A stretch of 64,000 nt of DNA, taken from Phoronis australis. Its lineage: Eukaryota; Animalia; Phoronida. Position numbers and translations under genes: made by a program. This document shows, one piece after another, positions 36,901 through 49,544 of the stretch. The stretch lies in the NCBI GenBank assembly GCA_002633005.1, contig NMRA01000046.1, positions 448,266 to 512,265 of the forward strand, in the 5' to 3' direction. How positions within the stretch are numbered: position 1 is the stretch's first letter; the number at the start of each line of letters is the position of its first letter. The notes under the pieces are model-generated. The model ran no database searches. It had not been told where the DNA came from and saw only the letters and a list, made by a program, of their open reading frames with translations.

Positions 36901-39900
36901 TGGCAAGCTCAATGAATTTTGAAGCATAAAAACAATCCGGCTTTCATAATCTTTATACCTGTCTGAGATGTAATGTGTTTTTATTGACACTGATTGATTT
37001 AATGTTGCAGAAAAGTTCAAGTAGGCAAAAGTAAGAGGTCAAGGTCAGGAGGGAAGCTGGGAGTCATGTGGCCCACATTTTTGTCAACACCCAACCTAGC
37101 CCCCTTTAAACCATGGGATTTACCAAAGAGCTATCCAACAATTAATGGCATATTGAAGCTAAATGGTGAGACTTGTTTGTCAGTTGTTTGCATACTAATC
37201 ATATGTAATTCATTATCAGTATTCCCAACCCAGCACAGTTTCTGCTTCATCTACCACTGCAGTACAAAAATTAACTCTATATTGACGAAACTTTGGAAAA
37301 TTAAAAGGCGATGCTGCCTGCCTGTATTGAAAATTATGACTAAAAGTGTTTAGTACAAAATATTAACAGATGAATGTATACGACATTAAAAACTCATTTT
37401 GAGCATGGTTCTCTAAAGGATGTGCCAGATTGCTTGTTCCTGGGTTGTACATTTATAATCCAGCTCCCCCTTTAGGCCTCATCTATTCTATCTTGTGTTC
37501 ACACAAGCTTTAGTTTACTCCATATAATAATTGTGCTCACTTGTTATCTTGTAGGGCAAGTTTCTCGCTTTCAACCATCTTGCAGAGTTTATTTAATATG
37601 TTTTTATGCGCCCACATGTTTATGTGTGGGTGCATATTGCCGTCATCTCTGTCTGGGCGTCCACGGCTGTATCTCTTAAACTCCTCGCAGGATCTTATTG
37701 AACTTTGGCAGGTGTGTTCCTACGGGGTTGACGACAGAGGCGACGAGTTTCGGACTGACCCGAATACCACTGTGGCCCCCTAGTGGCAATTTTAATTTTT
37801 TACGTTTGCCTCTGTATCTTGAAAGGTCCTCAATCGATTTTCATAAAATTTGGCATGTAGGCATCTATTAATGAGGTGACACTATCCTTTCGTTTTCGGA
37901 TGGATTCAAGGTATTTTGCGCCACCTAGTGGCCATTTTTACTGTTTTCGAGTCTGTTTTTTGGCATCCATCCCTCCATCAACCAAACCGCTCAAAGGATG
38001 ATTGCGAAAATTGTCATGTATGTTCTTACTATGAAGTGGACGGCTGACGATGGTTTTCCGATGACTTCAACTACTGTGGCGCCTCCTAGTGGCAATTTTG
38101 TTTTTTGCGCCTATGGCTGTACGTATTTCCTAAACCGTTTGTAGGATCTTCACTAAATTTAGTAAGTGTATTTATATGATGTCAATAACGCAGGATGACG
38201 ACTATCAGACAGATTTGACTACTGGTGTGCCACCTAGTGACAATTTTATTTTTTTACGTTTACCTCTCTATCTTCAAAGGTCCTCAGTGTATTTTCATAA
38301 AATTTGGCATACAGGCATCTATTAATGAGGTGACGCCATCTCTCCATTTTCAGATGGATTCGACCTAGTTTGCGCCACCTAGTGGCCATTTTTACTGTTT
38401 TTGAGTCTGTTTTTTGGCGTCCACTCTTCTATCAACCAAACCACTTTCAGGATAATGTGAAAATTGGCATGTATGTTTGAACCATGAAGTGGACGACTGA
38501 CGATGATTTTCCAGCTTCGATTACTGTGGCGCCTCCTGTTGGCAGTTTTTTTTTTGCGCTCATGGCTGTATTTCCTAAACAGTTTGCAGGATCTTTACTT
38601 GATTTAGCAAGTGTATTTATATGATGTTGGCAACGAACAACGACGACTTTCGGATGGATCTGACCACTCGTGTGCCCCCTAGTGGCAATTTTATTTTTTT
38701 ATGTTTACCTCAGTCTTCAAAGGTCCAAAACAGATTTTCATAAAATTTTGAATATAGGCATCTATTGAAGAGATGACGCTTTGCTCCTGTTTTTGGATGG
38801 AATCGAGGTATTTTGCGCCACCTTGTGGCCATTTTTGCTGTTTTCAAACCCTGGTCAAGCAAATCCTTCTAGGGATGGTTTTGAAAACTGAAATGTTCTC
38901 AGTGTGAAGAGGACGTGTGATGATGGCGACTGACTACTGTGGCGCCTCCTAGTGGTAGCTCTGTTTTGTTTTGCATCCATAGCTGTATTTGGATGGATTG
39001 TACGTTTTTGCGCCATCTATGGGCCATTTTTATGATACAAATAAATAACCCTAAAAGCACACCATTTGCAATGCATTCATGGGCGCATTTCAAAGCTCCG
39101 CTCTGCTCTTGTTATCATTCTCATCTTTTTCTTCACACACATGCTTCCTTCTCTGAAAAAAATTGCATTCCAGGCTTGGCTATTCAGTATTGGCTGTTCC
39201 GAATCCATAAAGGGTAATAAAACAATTATCATTTCAGCCAGGACCATACACCCCTTTTTAAGCTATGTTTAGTTACACAGTCTAACTGGGGCAGTTGTAT
39301 GAGCGGGTTCACAAAGAACTGTTTTCACTAACCTTGCATGTCTATTTCAAAAGGCCTATCTTGTTTGAACAATACTCATGACTTACAACAGTCTTCAAAA
39401 TTCTAAGTCTCCGTGTGGACTAGTTACACCCAAAATGTGGAAGTCATCTCTACCAAAAAATTGATCATAATAAATGCAGTTTCAAAGGTTGTGCACATTA
39501 AAGATGATTGCCTACTAAACTTTACTTCATGCTTCTAGACGTGACCTTTGCCGAGTTTAATGACAAGTGTGGCAAAAGTGATGTGGCTATTCACACTGCT
39601 GAGGAGAATGGTGACTGCATGCACCCCATTGAGGCCAGGGGTACCAGGATGGTCAATGTGACCCTTAACAACAAGGTGTTCATACACTACCCCATGTTGA
39701 AGTAAGTCAACAACACAGTGTTCATACATTACCACATGATGAAGTAAGTCAACAACACAGTGTTCATACACTACCACATGATGAAGTAAGTCAACAACAC
39801 AGTGTTCATACACTACAACATGATGATGTAAGTCAACAACACAGTGTTCATACACTACCACATGATGAAGTAAGTTAACAACACAGTGTTCATACACTAC

Positions 39901-42900
39901 CACATGATGAAGTAAGTCAACAACACAGTGTTCATACATTACCGCATGATGAAGTAAGTCAACAACACAGTGTTCATACACTACCACATGATGAAGTAAG
40001 TCAACAACACAGTGTTCATACACTACCCCATGCTGAAGTAAGTCAACAACACAGTGTTCATACACTACCCCATGCTGAAGTAAGTCAACAACACAGTGTT
40101 CATACACTACCCCATGCTGAAGTAAGTCAACAACAGTGTTCATACACTACCCCATGCTGAAGTAAGTCAACAACACAGTGTTCATACATTACCACATGAT
40201 GAAGTAAGTCAACAACAAGGTCTTAATACACCATGTTCAAGTAAGTCAACAATATATCACATGTGAATAAGTGTGACAATTTGAATTGATTTAAATGCTG
40301 TTTTGTGTCCAAATTGTCATTGTTTTAATCTGTTGACCTTCCAGGTGGGTGAATCCTGCTGATTGTGTTGACATGGACTGTGATGCTCAAAAGAAGGCCA
40401 TTATCCGAGACTTGGATGGTGGCATTACCGGCTTTGTTGCAGGACTGTCCACTATCATACCTCAAGCAGAGTATGAGTGGGATGGGAACCCAAGTCATGG
40501 AGTTGGTAAATTATGATGTCAAGAATGCGATGCTTGGTGATGCTCGTGATACAAATAGTTCAGTATTTGTACGTAACAAGCCAAAAGAAAGCAAATAAAA
40601 TACCGTCTCACCTGCAGATTTTTCTGGTTCTCTCCGGCTGCAAATTATAGTCTGTTATATCAGCTCATGTTAACAATTTGATTATCATCTTATATAACGT
40701 TCAAGCTATGAAGTTTTTATTATTCTTTCAATCGCTCAAAGTTTGGGTTTTTCGATAGAACTTGTTTAACCCCAGTACAAGACCATGGCCTGTGTACAAC
40801 TCAGACATCATTATCACAAACTGAACACAATGTAGAAGCATACCATTTGCAGTGAAGTCGTGGAAGCATTTAATAACTTTGCATTGATCTTGTTGTTTGT
40901 ATTGTGTCATTTATTTTGCAGTGTTGTACGTGATGTTTCAATTTATTTCAGGTGATTATCGAATTCCAAAGACGATGTTGACCAGACCAGATGGTAGTCG
41001 AATTCCAGCTGAAGATGTAGTACCTAACAAAGGTAGGTATAGGGGCCTGTCAAGTAGTACTCTGTATTTGAATAAAAAATATTTTGATTCAATAATTACA
41101 AACTGATGCGTTAAAGTAATCATGGTGGACACAGGACGTCAAATAGATTGCAGTTAGTTGATAGGGAGTCTTCCCCTCTACCCTACCATGATCAGAATCA
41201 GATGACAAGCATTACGTAAACTGCATAATGAGGTCATGTATTAAAATAGCAACCATACATTGGTTCCTCCTTGTGGCTCTAAATATATCTTATTTGGTTG
41301 AGTCTTTTTCTGTTCAGTAATCTAAAAACCAATGCTATGTACATACCATGTTCCCCCTTGAGTTGCACAAACCAAGTGATATGTACATTATCCTCTGCAG
41401 GTTTATACAGACCAAGTTGCAAGACACAAGATGCCTGGCATGCTCATGTGTGTCAGAATCTGGATCATAACATGATTGTCATCGAGAGCTTGGATGCTGA
41501 CACAGAAATTAGGCGTGTTTCACCCATTTCCCTCGTCACTGATGGATATGTAGACCTCATTAATGGTCCAATGGATCATGGCTGCTGTTTTGGTTACACA
41601 TGTCAGGAACGCATCTCCACCTTTTATGGTGTGGTGGCTACAGGAAAAAACTACGAGATGCACTTCACAGGCACTACTCCACAGAACCTGAGAGTGCACC
41701 TACTCAATGTTGATGATACTAAAGCATTTGTTCTAGGAATATGGTAATTAACAGGACTTGAATTGAAATCCATTAAAAAAATGTCTTTGTTTAACTTTAT
41801 ATTTTTAGTCTTATCATAGCTGTAATATGAACAAGTGATGTCCAAGATGAGTGTGCATCATGTTTTAACAACATTTTCAAACTAGGTCATGTTCAACCAT
41901 ATAATTTCCCAAAGTTATATTATCTTGTTAACCATTGCTTTACATTTCCACGCCAGTCTCACAAATCAAATTAGCAACACTCTTTTCTTTAAAGATGTGA
42001 TGATTAAATCAAATTTTGATTCAATTCTTAGTCCCTATTTTTCACCATTAGATGTCTTACAAAGTTATTATTTTTTTTTCTTTTGAATGGTATTATTAAT
42101 ATATTGGACCTTTGAATAGCCCAAAATCTATCATTAGTTGGAATCTTATCATATTTAGCACTTATTATGAAATACAATTTATAGTAAAGTGTTTCCAAAC
42201 AAAAATAGCGACATCCAGCACCCCTTCGAAATCTTTGCCTTGGCCGAGTCAAGTATAACAAGGTTTTCCAAGTTGACAGGTAATCCAATCCACAGCATCT
42301 GGATGTCTACCATAATGGAGTGTTAATTGCTCCAAATAATGCTAATATGAATATTCAAACTCTTTAATACTGACGAGACTTCTTCATTGACAGGTATTCC
42401 AACCCACAACGTCTTGATGTCTACCATAATGGAGTGTTTGTTGCTCCAACTAATGCTGACATGGGTGTCAAGAACTACAAACTTTTGCCAGGTACAAAAG
42501 ACCAGTTCATGCCCAAGGTGACGTCACCGTTTGGAACAAACTGGATGGATAAAGATGCACAGACACTTTATATTCTTGTCAAAGGTATTGTACTTAACAA
42601 ATTAGACAAGTTTATTTTAAAGTAAAGGAAACGGGTCTCGATTCTTTACTTTCTTTGTAGTTGTCAAATTTACGATCCATTTAGTTCTAATTCCATTTTT
42701 CTAAATTTAATGTCAGACAAACTTTCTTATCGGACAACAGAATTTTGTATCTAAGAAAAGTGTCCACTTCATATCATTTGATTTAAAATTTTGCTTAATG
42801 TCTCAAATCCAGGTTCCCAGTTTGTTGAAGTGAAGACCATGCCTATCATACAGCTATCACTGGAACTAGGTTCTGTCACTCTCCAAGACTTTTATGAGGA

Positions 42901-45900
42901 GAACCTTGTGAGGAACCTGGCTGATCTGTTAAAGATATCCCCAGACAGAATCCGTGTCATGGAGGTGGTGCGCGAAACAAGACTCCGTCGTGCAATGGGT
43001 TCTGAAACGCTCAAAGTCAAGGTGGAAATTGGTGACCCGCCATTACCACATGCAAACACCCCTGCTTCTAATTCTTCAGGTATTGCTTCATTTCTTATCT
43101 GCAGCTATTTACCATTGATACTTCACACTACCACATAAATTTCTGAGTGCACAAAATTGTGTATTAATATTCATGGGTAAGAATATCTGCAGTTTTGCTG
43201 TGAATTCAAGTGTGAATCCCTTCCAATGCAAGCTCAAGCAGGTGACGTTTACCATAAAAATTGTCTGCTTTCATACATTGCTTTATTTCCCATAGCAGTC
43301 AAAAACCATTCTCATTTTGGTAACATTTGCAACATGCTTAAAATGGAAAAAAATGTTCCCCATTTGTGTTCATCACGACCTCTTTCCTTTTCAGGCAACT
43401 ACAGAGGCCTGGGTGAAGACCCAATGACTGCTCAGCAGTTGAACTCTGCCATGTCTACATTGGTCAACAGAGTTCAGCTGGGGAATGACAAGCTGGGTAA
43501 CATGTCAATAGTCAACATGCAGGTTGTACCTAGTACACCTAAACCCGTTGACCCAACACATGGCGTGAGGGCCACTTTAGAAACCATACAGGCAACATCC
43601 GGACCACTGTGAGTAACTACTGCTAAGTTCAATTATTGCAACGGTTGGAAATGTCATCCTGTTGTAATCTATGGAGTTATAAGTTCTTTATCTTTTGAAA
43701 GTCGGTATGCTGTTATCGCAGAGTTAACTGCTCCTTGAATGGTGACATGGGCTCTGGTCTCCACTATAAGTGTTGTCATACATAAAAGTTGTGACATGGG
43801 CTCTGGTGTCTACTATCAGTGTTTTTGTCATGTACGCAAGTGGTGACATGGGCTCTGGTGTCCACTATGAGTGTTGTCATACATACAAGTGGTGATGTGG
43901 GGTTCTGGTGTCCCACTATAAGTGTTGTCATATGTACAAGTTATGACATGGGCTCTGGTGTCTACTATCAGTGTTGTCATGAACACAAGTGGTGACATGG
44001 GCTCTGGTGTCCGCTATGAGTGTTGTCATACATACAAGTGGTGACATGGGCTCTGGTGTCAACTACAGGTGTTGTCATACATACAAGGGTCATTAAAATC
44101 TGTCACAGGTAATTAAAAACTGCAGGCAAAGGAACAGTGTTCTTTGGATTAAAATGTATGAAACCACTCATTTGGCAGTTCTTTAATTTTGTCTTTACTG
44201 TAGATATGACGAGAAAACCAGCCAAAAAGACGAGTCTCAGTCCGCATCAGGCGAGTTCTCTGTGGTGTTGCCTCAAAAGGTGCATATCCACAAACATCCA
44301 GTGGAAGTGGAGGAGAATGCACTGTTCACTTTACAACCACAGCTCTACATGATGGATGCTTTTGTAAGTAATGCTGGCACATCTCCAACTGATGCTTTTG
44401 TAAGTAATGCTGGCACATCTCCAACTGATGCTTTTGTAAGTAATGCTGGCTCATCTCCAACTGATGCTTTTGTAAGTAATGCTGGCTCATCTCCAACTGA
44501 TGCTTTTGTAAGTAATGCTGCCCCATCTCCAACTGATGCTTTTGTAAGTAATGCTGGCACATCTCCAACTGATGCTTTTGTAAGTAATGCTGCCACATCT
44601 CCATTCTGTTGCTTGAAACATCTTGTCCAATGAATAAGTTTTGTTCATGTCAAAAGCATTCATTTGACTGTACACTTGGTGAACTGTGATGGGTTACAGT
44701 GCATCACTCTTCTCATTAATTGACAGTTGTAAATCACACAACTAAAAAGAGCTGCACATATTTTAGTGAAGCAGACCCCTGGTGCAGCTGCTTAAGAAAT
44801 AACAAATGGCCTTGGAAAATCTTTTGTTGTGTTTTTAATCAGTTATTTTCTACATACGACACAACATACCATAAAACTATTTCATTTTTTTCTTTAAAGG
44901 GGAAGGCAAACATATTCAGTGTTATTTGTGGTAAACTGATTATGATTTTCTTTTTATCCTAGATAAGTTTTCAAGTTACGGTAATTAAAATCCCAATTCT
45001 TAAGGTACGGCATTAGTTTTGGTTTTATCGTAGGTTAATGTCATTTTACCGGAGATGAAGTAAATACTCTAAAACATTTACTGGATTTAAATTTGGTTCA
45101 ATGTTGTTCATTTTCAGGACAACAAGGTTCCCCAACTGGGTATGCCATCCAGTCCATGGGAGTTGACGGCTGCAATTGTATCAGGTCCTAAAGAAGCTGT
45201 GTTATTGGGTGAGAGATTGTATCAAAATGTTGACTTTTCCAGTGATGCATATTTTATTTTCATGCATCCACATAAATGTGTTGATGGCATATGTTGCCGT
45301 CACTTCTGTCTGCCATCCTGACAAGTATCCATCAGGCATCTGTTGAATATTTTGCTTTGACAAATTTCAACAAACTTGATACAGTGTTCTGCTGGAATGC
45401 TCTAGCATCTCTCCGTTTTCTGATAGTTTTGTTTACTGTGGCACCTCCTGCGTATTATATTCAAAACAGTTTGGCAGATTTTGCTGAAACTTGTCACTGA
45501 TGGAGCTGTGCCAACATTAGCCAATTTCCAAACAGATTTGACTGGAGTAACACACCCTGTTGGCCATTTTAGTTTTCTGAAGGCTTTTCCTTGTTTGGTT
45601 TGGCAGGTGTGCATGGGCATTAGATGATTTTCAAGGTTGAACAATTGCAGGCCATTTTGTTTTTTGACAAGATATTGCTTGTCCATGGACTATTGTCAAA
45701 ATGACGAGACTCATTTTTTCATGAGAACTTGTCAGAGGTGTTTGGCTGAGATGTACCTGCTCCAATCGAGTTTCAGCTTCAATATCATAGTGGCCAACCA
45801 AATTAATCTAATGGTATTATGTGAAACTTATGAACAGTCTAGACACATGCTGTTTGCAGTGCAGTCTCGGGTGTATTTCAATGCTGCTTTGATGCCTGTT

Positions 45901-48157
45901 ATTCAATGGAGCCGAAACTGGTTCTCAAAATTTTAGACTCCTCTGAGTGTCTATTGTTGCTTTTTCTGTGCCAGCCTCTTCATCTACCAAGACTCTCATT
46001 TCGGTGGGTATCATAAACTGTGGAACATATGTTTGAGTAAGAACATAGCATACGCCCATATTTGGGAATACTAGTTTAGTTCTAAACCACCTTGGTTGGA
46101 GTTTGACATTTTTTGGTGATTTTAGTTTTAGTGGCCAAGAATTAGTATTTTAAAGAAGACAGCACCTAATCCTTGCACCTGTCATTAGTTTCATCAAACC
46201 CCATGAAGGAAGTTGATGGACCTTAAGGCTATTTTGTTTCTATCTTGGAAAGAACTGAAGCTGCCTGATTTAAAACTATTTCTACAACCATCCTAGTGAC
46301 CCTTTTCTGCTCAACCACTTGTTAGTTCGTTGTGAAATGTTACAGGTGTTTTTAAGAGAATGATACCTACTAATTTTCAGATGAGTAGCACTTTGCTCTC
46401 TAGACCTTAGTGTCACTTTCAATCTTTTCTCTTGGAAATTTTAAAAGCCACCCAGAGATTTAAATAAGAATTTTTGATATGACCCATGGTAGTTGCCAAA
46501 AATGCCCCTACATCAAACTGCTGATTCTGACAATTGCACCTCTCCCTGGTGTCCAAGCTGGTTAAGAAAGTATTGAGCATCCCCTGTCGAGAACCATTTG
46601 TGATCCACTAATGCAGGTGCTGGTTAATACTTTGCATGCACTTGTTATGTTTAACATTGTTAGTAAGAAGTTAATGACTGATGTCTTGGTACTGAACTCC
46701 TTGTTTATTGCTGATGTTGAAATTAAAAAAACTGGTATTTCATAATCTTTTCATTGCATGGTTTGATAGACTAAGTGGCAGAGGATTATGTTCATCAGTT
46801 ACAACTTGTGATTGAGTGTTCTTTGGTGTTTTAAAAAGGTTTTAGTTATTTTTTAACTACCAGTAAATAAATACTAAATTTAAAACAGAGAAAATGTCCA
46901 ATTTGAAAGGATGGTGCCATTATGATTAATGTCCCAAAGCTGTGGACAATACTGTACAGTTGCTTTGAAAAAAAATTCAATGCTGCAACTATTACAGGCA
47001 AGACCACTGTGAAGTTTGAAAATGGATGGGCAAACTTCACTGACCTGGCAATCACAGGGTCATCAGGAAGTACTTTTGTGTTGGAGTATGTCGTCACAAA
47101 ACCGTCTCGAGCAAACTCCCTTAAGGTATTGCTGGAAATGTCATGATTAAAGATCTTTTACTATTTTGTATAGACTCTCAATTTATTTTGGCAAAAACAC
47201 ACAGTTGTCTAAAATATATTTTTGAGTGCAGGGAAACTGGTAAAATCCTTTTTATTTGTTTTATTGAAGTTTCAAGGATATATGACTGAGTCGTAAAATG
47301 GTCCAAGTTTTGTATAAGCCATCACATTTTATCAACGTGTCATTTGCTGCAAAATATCTCTTATGCCAATGTAAAGTGCACAGTAATGCTCGCAAAATAC
47401 CTTGCAGGCCTCCTCCAGTCCTTTCGCAGTGAAGTCTATCACTTCATGGACTCTAATTGCTGTTGTGGTACCCTGCATTGTGGCTGTTATTTTGGCTGTA
47501 GCTTTAGCTGCAGTCATTATCCATAAGAAACAGAAAGGTAACATGCTGAGTGAGACCTATAATGTGATATGTTTGGAATTTTGTTGTAATAATGAACTAA
47601 AATCGTGAATGTGAATATGGATTACAGAGTTACTCTAAAAGAAAAAAAATCTGCCTGGGAAGTTTTCTTCTTGCCCTGGAAGTAAATTGATCCACATGAA
47701 GTCTGTAAAATTATGGTAATTATTCACTCGTTGAAAAATAACACTTTTGACTGTAGGTCAACATTTCTTGACCACTAAAAACTTTTGTAATGCATTGTTT
47801 GAACTCCAGTTTGGTTACATTTTGTTTTTGCCAATGGAATGTTGTCGTAAGTTTGCAAACTAGTTAAAGAATTTTTCATTACTTCATTTATCTATCACTA
47901 CTATACGACTCTTCTCACTCTTAAAGTTTGTAAAAATCTCAATGCAAAGTATACAAAGTTTATGGCACATGGTTTTGAGAGCCAGTTTGAGGCCAGTCAC
48001 TTAGTGGAGAAGACTGCGATCCCGTTGCCTATTTATTAATAAGTATGTTTTACTGTTTCCAGTGAACAAAGTGCATGATGTGTCTCGTGAACTGTCCATG
48101 CTGAATATGACTCGACTGCAGGAGAAGAGTGAAGTATCAAAGCTGGCATTTGTCTGA
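18933..48157 (+). CDS. PKHD1L1: Fibrocystin-L (PKHD1L1)-like protein, C-terminal 30 exons: end of G8, PbH1 repeats, second G8, PbH1, TM, short tail; 5' part lies upstream of window
   Basis: Phase-consistent exons 18933-19131, 19341-19947, 20405-20597, 21299-21480, 22221-22383, 23029-23182, 23627-23780, 24534-24733, 25314-25428, 25781-25908, 26393-26638, 26838-27083, 27299-27469, 27930-28100, 28321-28505, 34672-34897, 36630-36846, 37011-37165, 39539-39701, 40345-40505, 40952-41032, 41401-41743, 42394-42584, 42813-43079, 43395-43608, 44204-44363, 45118-45208, 46998-47125, 47408-47537, 48063-48157. Motifs AEVGMLTRNI, GQAFRLGRYPIHFH, FFIEDGIE, TPATFWVTNPDN, NPADCVDMDCDA, NGPMDHGCCFGYTCQERISTF; TM WTLIAVVVPCIVAVILAVALAAVII. 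Confidence 0.93.
24089..24230. repeat. 34-bp intronic tandem repeat x4
   Basis: TCTCATGATATTCCTTTACGTGATAGGATTCTAG repeated near-perfectly. Confidence 0.92.
30490..31266. mobile_element. Probable non-autonomous interspersed element nested in the foldback element, truncated by gap
   Basis: Starts CAAGAGCGCTC, repeated CCGCCATCTT motifs, ends in ACAAACAAAA before the Ns; resembles Helentron-associated elements (recognition only). Confidence 0.45.
31864..33770. repeat. Degenerate higher-order tandem repeat rich in GCGGAACGGTTCCGC palindromes
   Basis: AGCAAGTTC..CACTG.TTAAT anchors at 31864, 32558 and 33098; ATTGTCACATTGATACTTTCAAGTGGCATTGATAAT subunit recurs several times. Confidence 0.85.
35143..36518. 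mobile_element. Non-autonomous Tc2/pogo-type element in PKHD1L1-like intron
   Basis: TIR CCGTACTCGTACGCTTTACTACCCAGG / CATGAGTCGTAACCCGGACGAGTACGG; TA at 35141-35142 and 36519-36520; GGGCGCTTAAA and TGGGCGGTAA subterminal motifs. Confidence 0.85.
37601..39112. mobile_element. Helentron-associated (DINE-1/HINE-like) non-autonomous element carrying ~450-bp tandem repeats
   Basis: Begins TTTTTATGCGCCC with adjacent GGGTGCAT inverted repeat; matching sub-TIR GGGCGCAT at 39081; ends CTCTGCTCTTGTT; AAAGGTCC..ATTTTCATAAAATTT anchors at ~37822, 38277, 38719; CCxCCTAGTGG roughly every 150 bp. Confidence 0.7.
39667..40252 (+). repeat. 42-bp tandem array x14 spanning a splice donor
   Basis: GTGTTCATACACTACCxCATGxTGAA|GTAAGTCAACAACACA; GTAAGT at 39702, 39744 ... 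40241. Confidence 0.95.
42273..42352 (+). repeat. Degenerate duplicate of acceptor plus first ~70 nt of exon 42394-42584
   Basis: TTGACAG|GTAATCCAATCCACAGCATCTGGATGTCTACCATAATGGAGTG vs TTGACAG|GTATTCCAACCCACAACGTCTTGATGTCTACCATAATGGAGTG, 114 bp apart. Confidence 0.88.
43740..44087. repeat. ~50-bp intronic tandem repeat x7
   Basis: GTGGTGACATGGGCTCTGGTGTCCACTATGAGTGTTGTCATACATACAA units. Confidence 0.92.
44355..44603 (+). repeat. 36-bp tandem array x7 spanning a splice donor, open in frame
   Basis: GATGCTTTT|GTAAGTAATGCTGGCACATCTCCAACT; donors at 44364, 44400, 44436, 44472, 44508, 44544, 44580. Confidence 0.95.
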
Positions 48158-49544
48158 GATGTTGGAATGGTCGTTTGCAGGATTGTGAAATATCCTAAAG
48201 CTATACTTAATTCCCATTAATTACTGATTTAATGTGAAATCATGAAATGTGGTGGTTAATCCTAACTAACTGGACTTATAAAACTAGTGTCTTTCATATG
48301 GAGCATCTGTTTCAACACTCAGTTTGAATCAGCAGATGTTCTTTAATATGTCAATAGAAATAAAGTGCCATTATAGACAATATGGTAAAATCTCACCAAT
48401 TTAGGACACAACATAGTAGACACAAGAAATTTTTCCAAGAAACACATTTAGCACCAAATTCAGATTTTGTACCACAACTGTCAAACAAAATTTTGAAAAT
48501 TTGTAGGCATTCACAAGGATAGAAGCCCTAAAAAATGAAAAAAGTGCATTTTTGGCAATCGTTTTTGTCTGAATTTGATGAGATTTTACCGTAGTAAGGA
48601 AAATATAGAGACCAAGATTTAGGGGCCTAGTTTTGAGTTTGGTTGTTTTAATAAACAAACTTATCAAAGATTGTGCTATTGTGCGAGCTCATAAGATGTC
48701 CTATTGTCCGCGCCAGTAACTTTATATCTGAGTGATTTTCCTTCAACATTACATTTGATGAGAGAAAATGCCTTCTGCAAAACATTTTTTAGAAAATGAC
48801 ATAGCTTTTTATTGTTGGCTGGTATGATTAGAAGAATTGAATGTTTTGTGTATGGTTATTTCTTATAATAATGATTCAATGTTTATTAAGGTTGCGTAAA
48901 ATGACGGCTAAAATTGTATAGTTTAATATTACTCCCAATTTTCTATATCATCTTTATACAGAAATATGAAAATTTTAAACACAAATCCTGCAATCACGGT
49001 TTTGGAGATTTGTTCATAAATCATAACTGAAAGTTTTGTTTGAGTCCAATAATTAATTTGCGAGTTATGATGTTCCAATATTTCCCAAATTGACATTTTG
49101 TACAATTACTCAATCATCTTGATAAATATTTATTACTAACAGGGTTTTATAATAAACGATATCTTAAATTGTTTGTACCTTTCATACATCACTAATTATG
49201 AAATAAAAAACATCATTTTGCAGTTGTGTTGTTGTATTACACAACGGAACACTGTAAATTCCACATCATACAACTGTGCCTTAGGCATAATTTGGCTTTG
49301 ACGAGGTAGAATTGAAATTATTAACGTGCACTAAGATCACAAAAACATGCCACATCAGAGGTTACGTTATTTCATCTTGCCACACAGCAATCACAGTTGA
49401 TGCTGAACACCTAATTCACCATACTCTAACTGTTCACTGGTGTCAACTGCAGTCATCAGTGGAGCTTGAAAACATTTGGCACATTCCAAACCCAAACTAG
49501 CTGCAACAGCTGGTATGAGCCATAGTTCTGAGTGGCACTGGAGA

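Noticed and set aside
39535-40143. 202-aa minus-strand His-rich repeat ORF
   Set aside because: Antisense reading of the 42-bp donor array
39667-40252. CRISPR-like array or chain of 17-nt GT-AG micro-introns
   Set aside because: No unique spacers and eukaryotic context; 17 nt is far below the intron sizes seen in these genes
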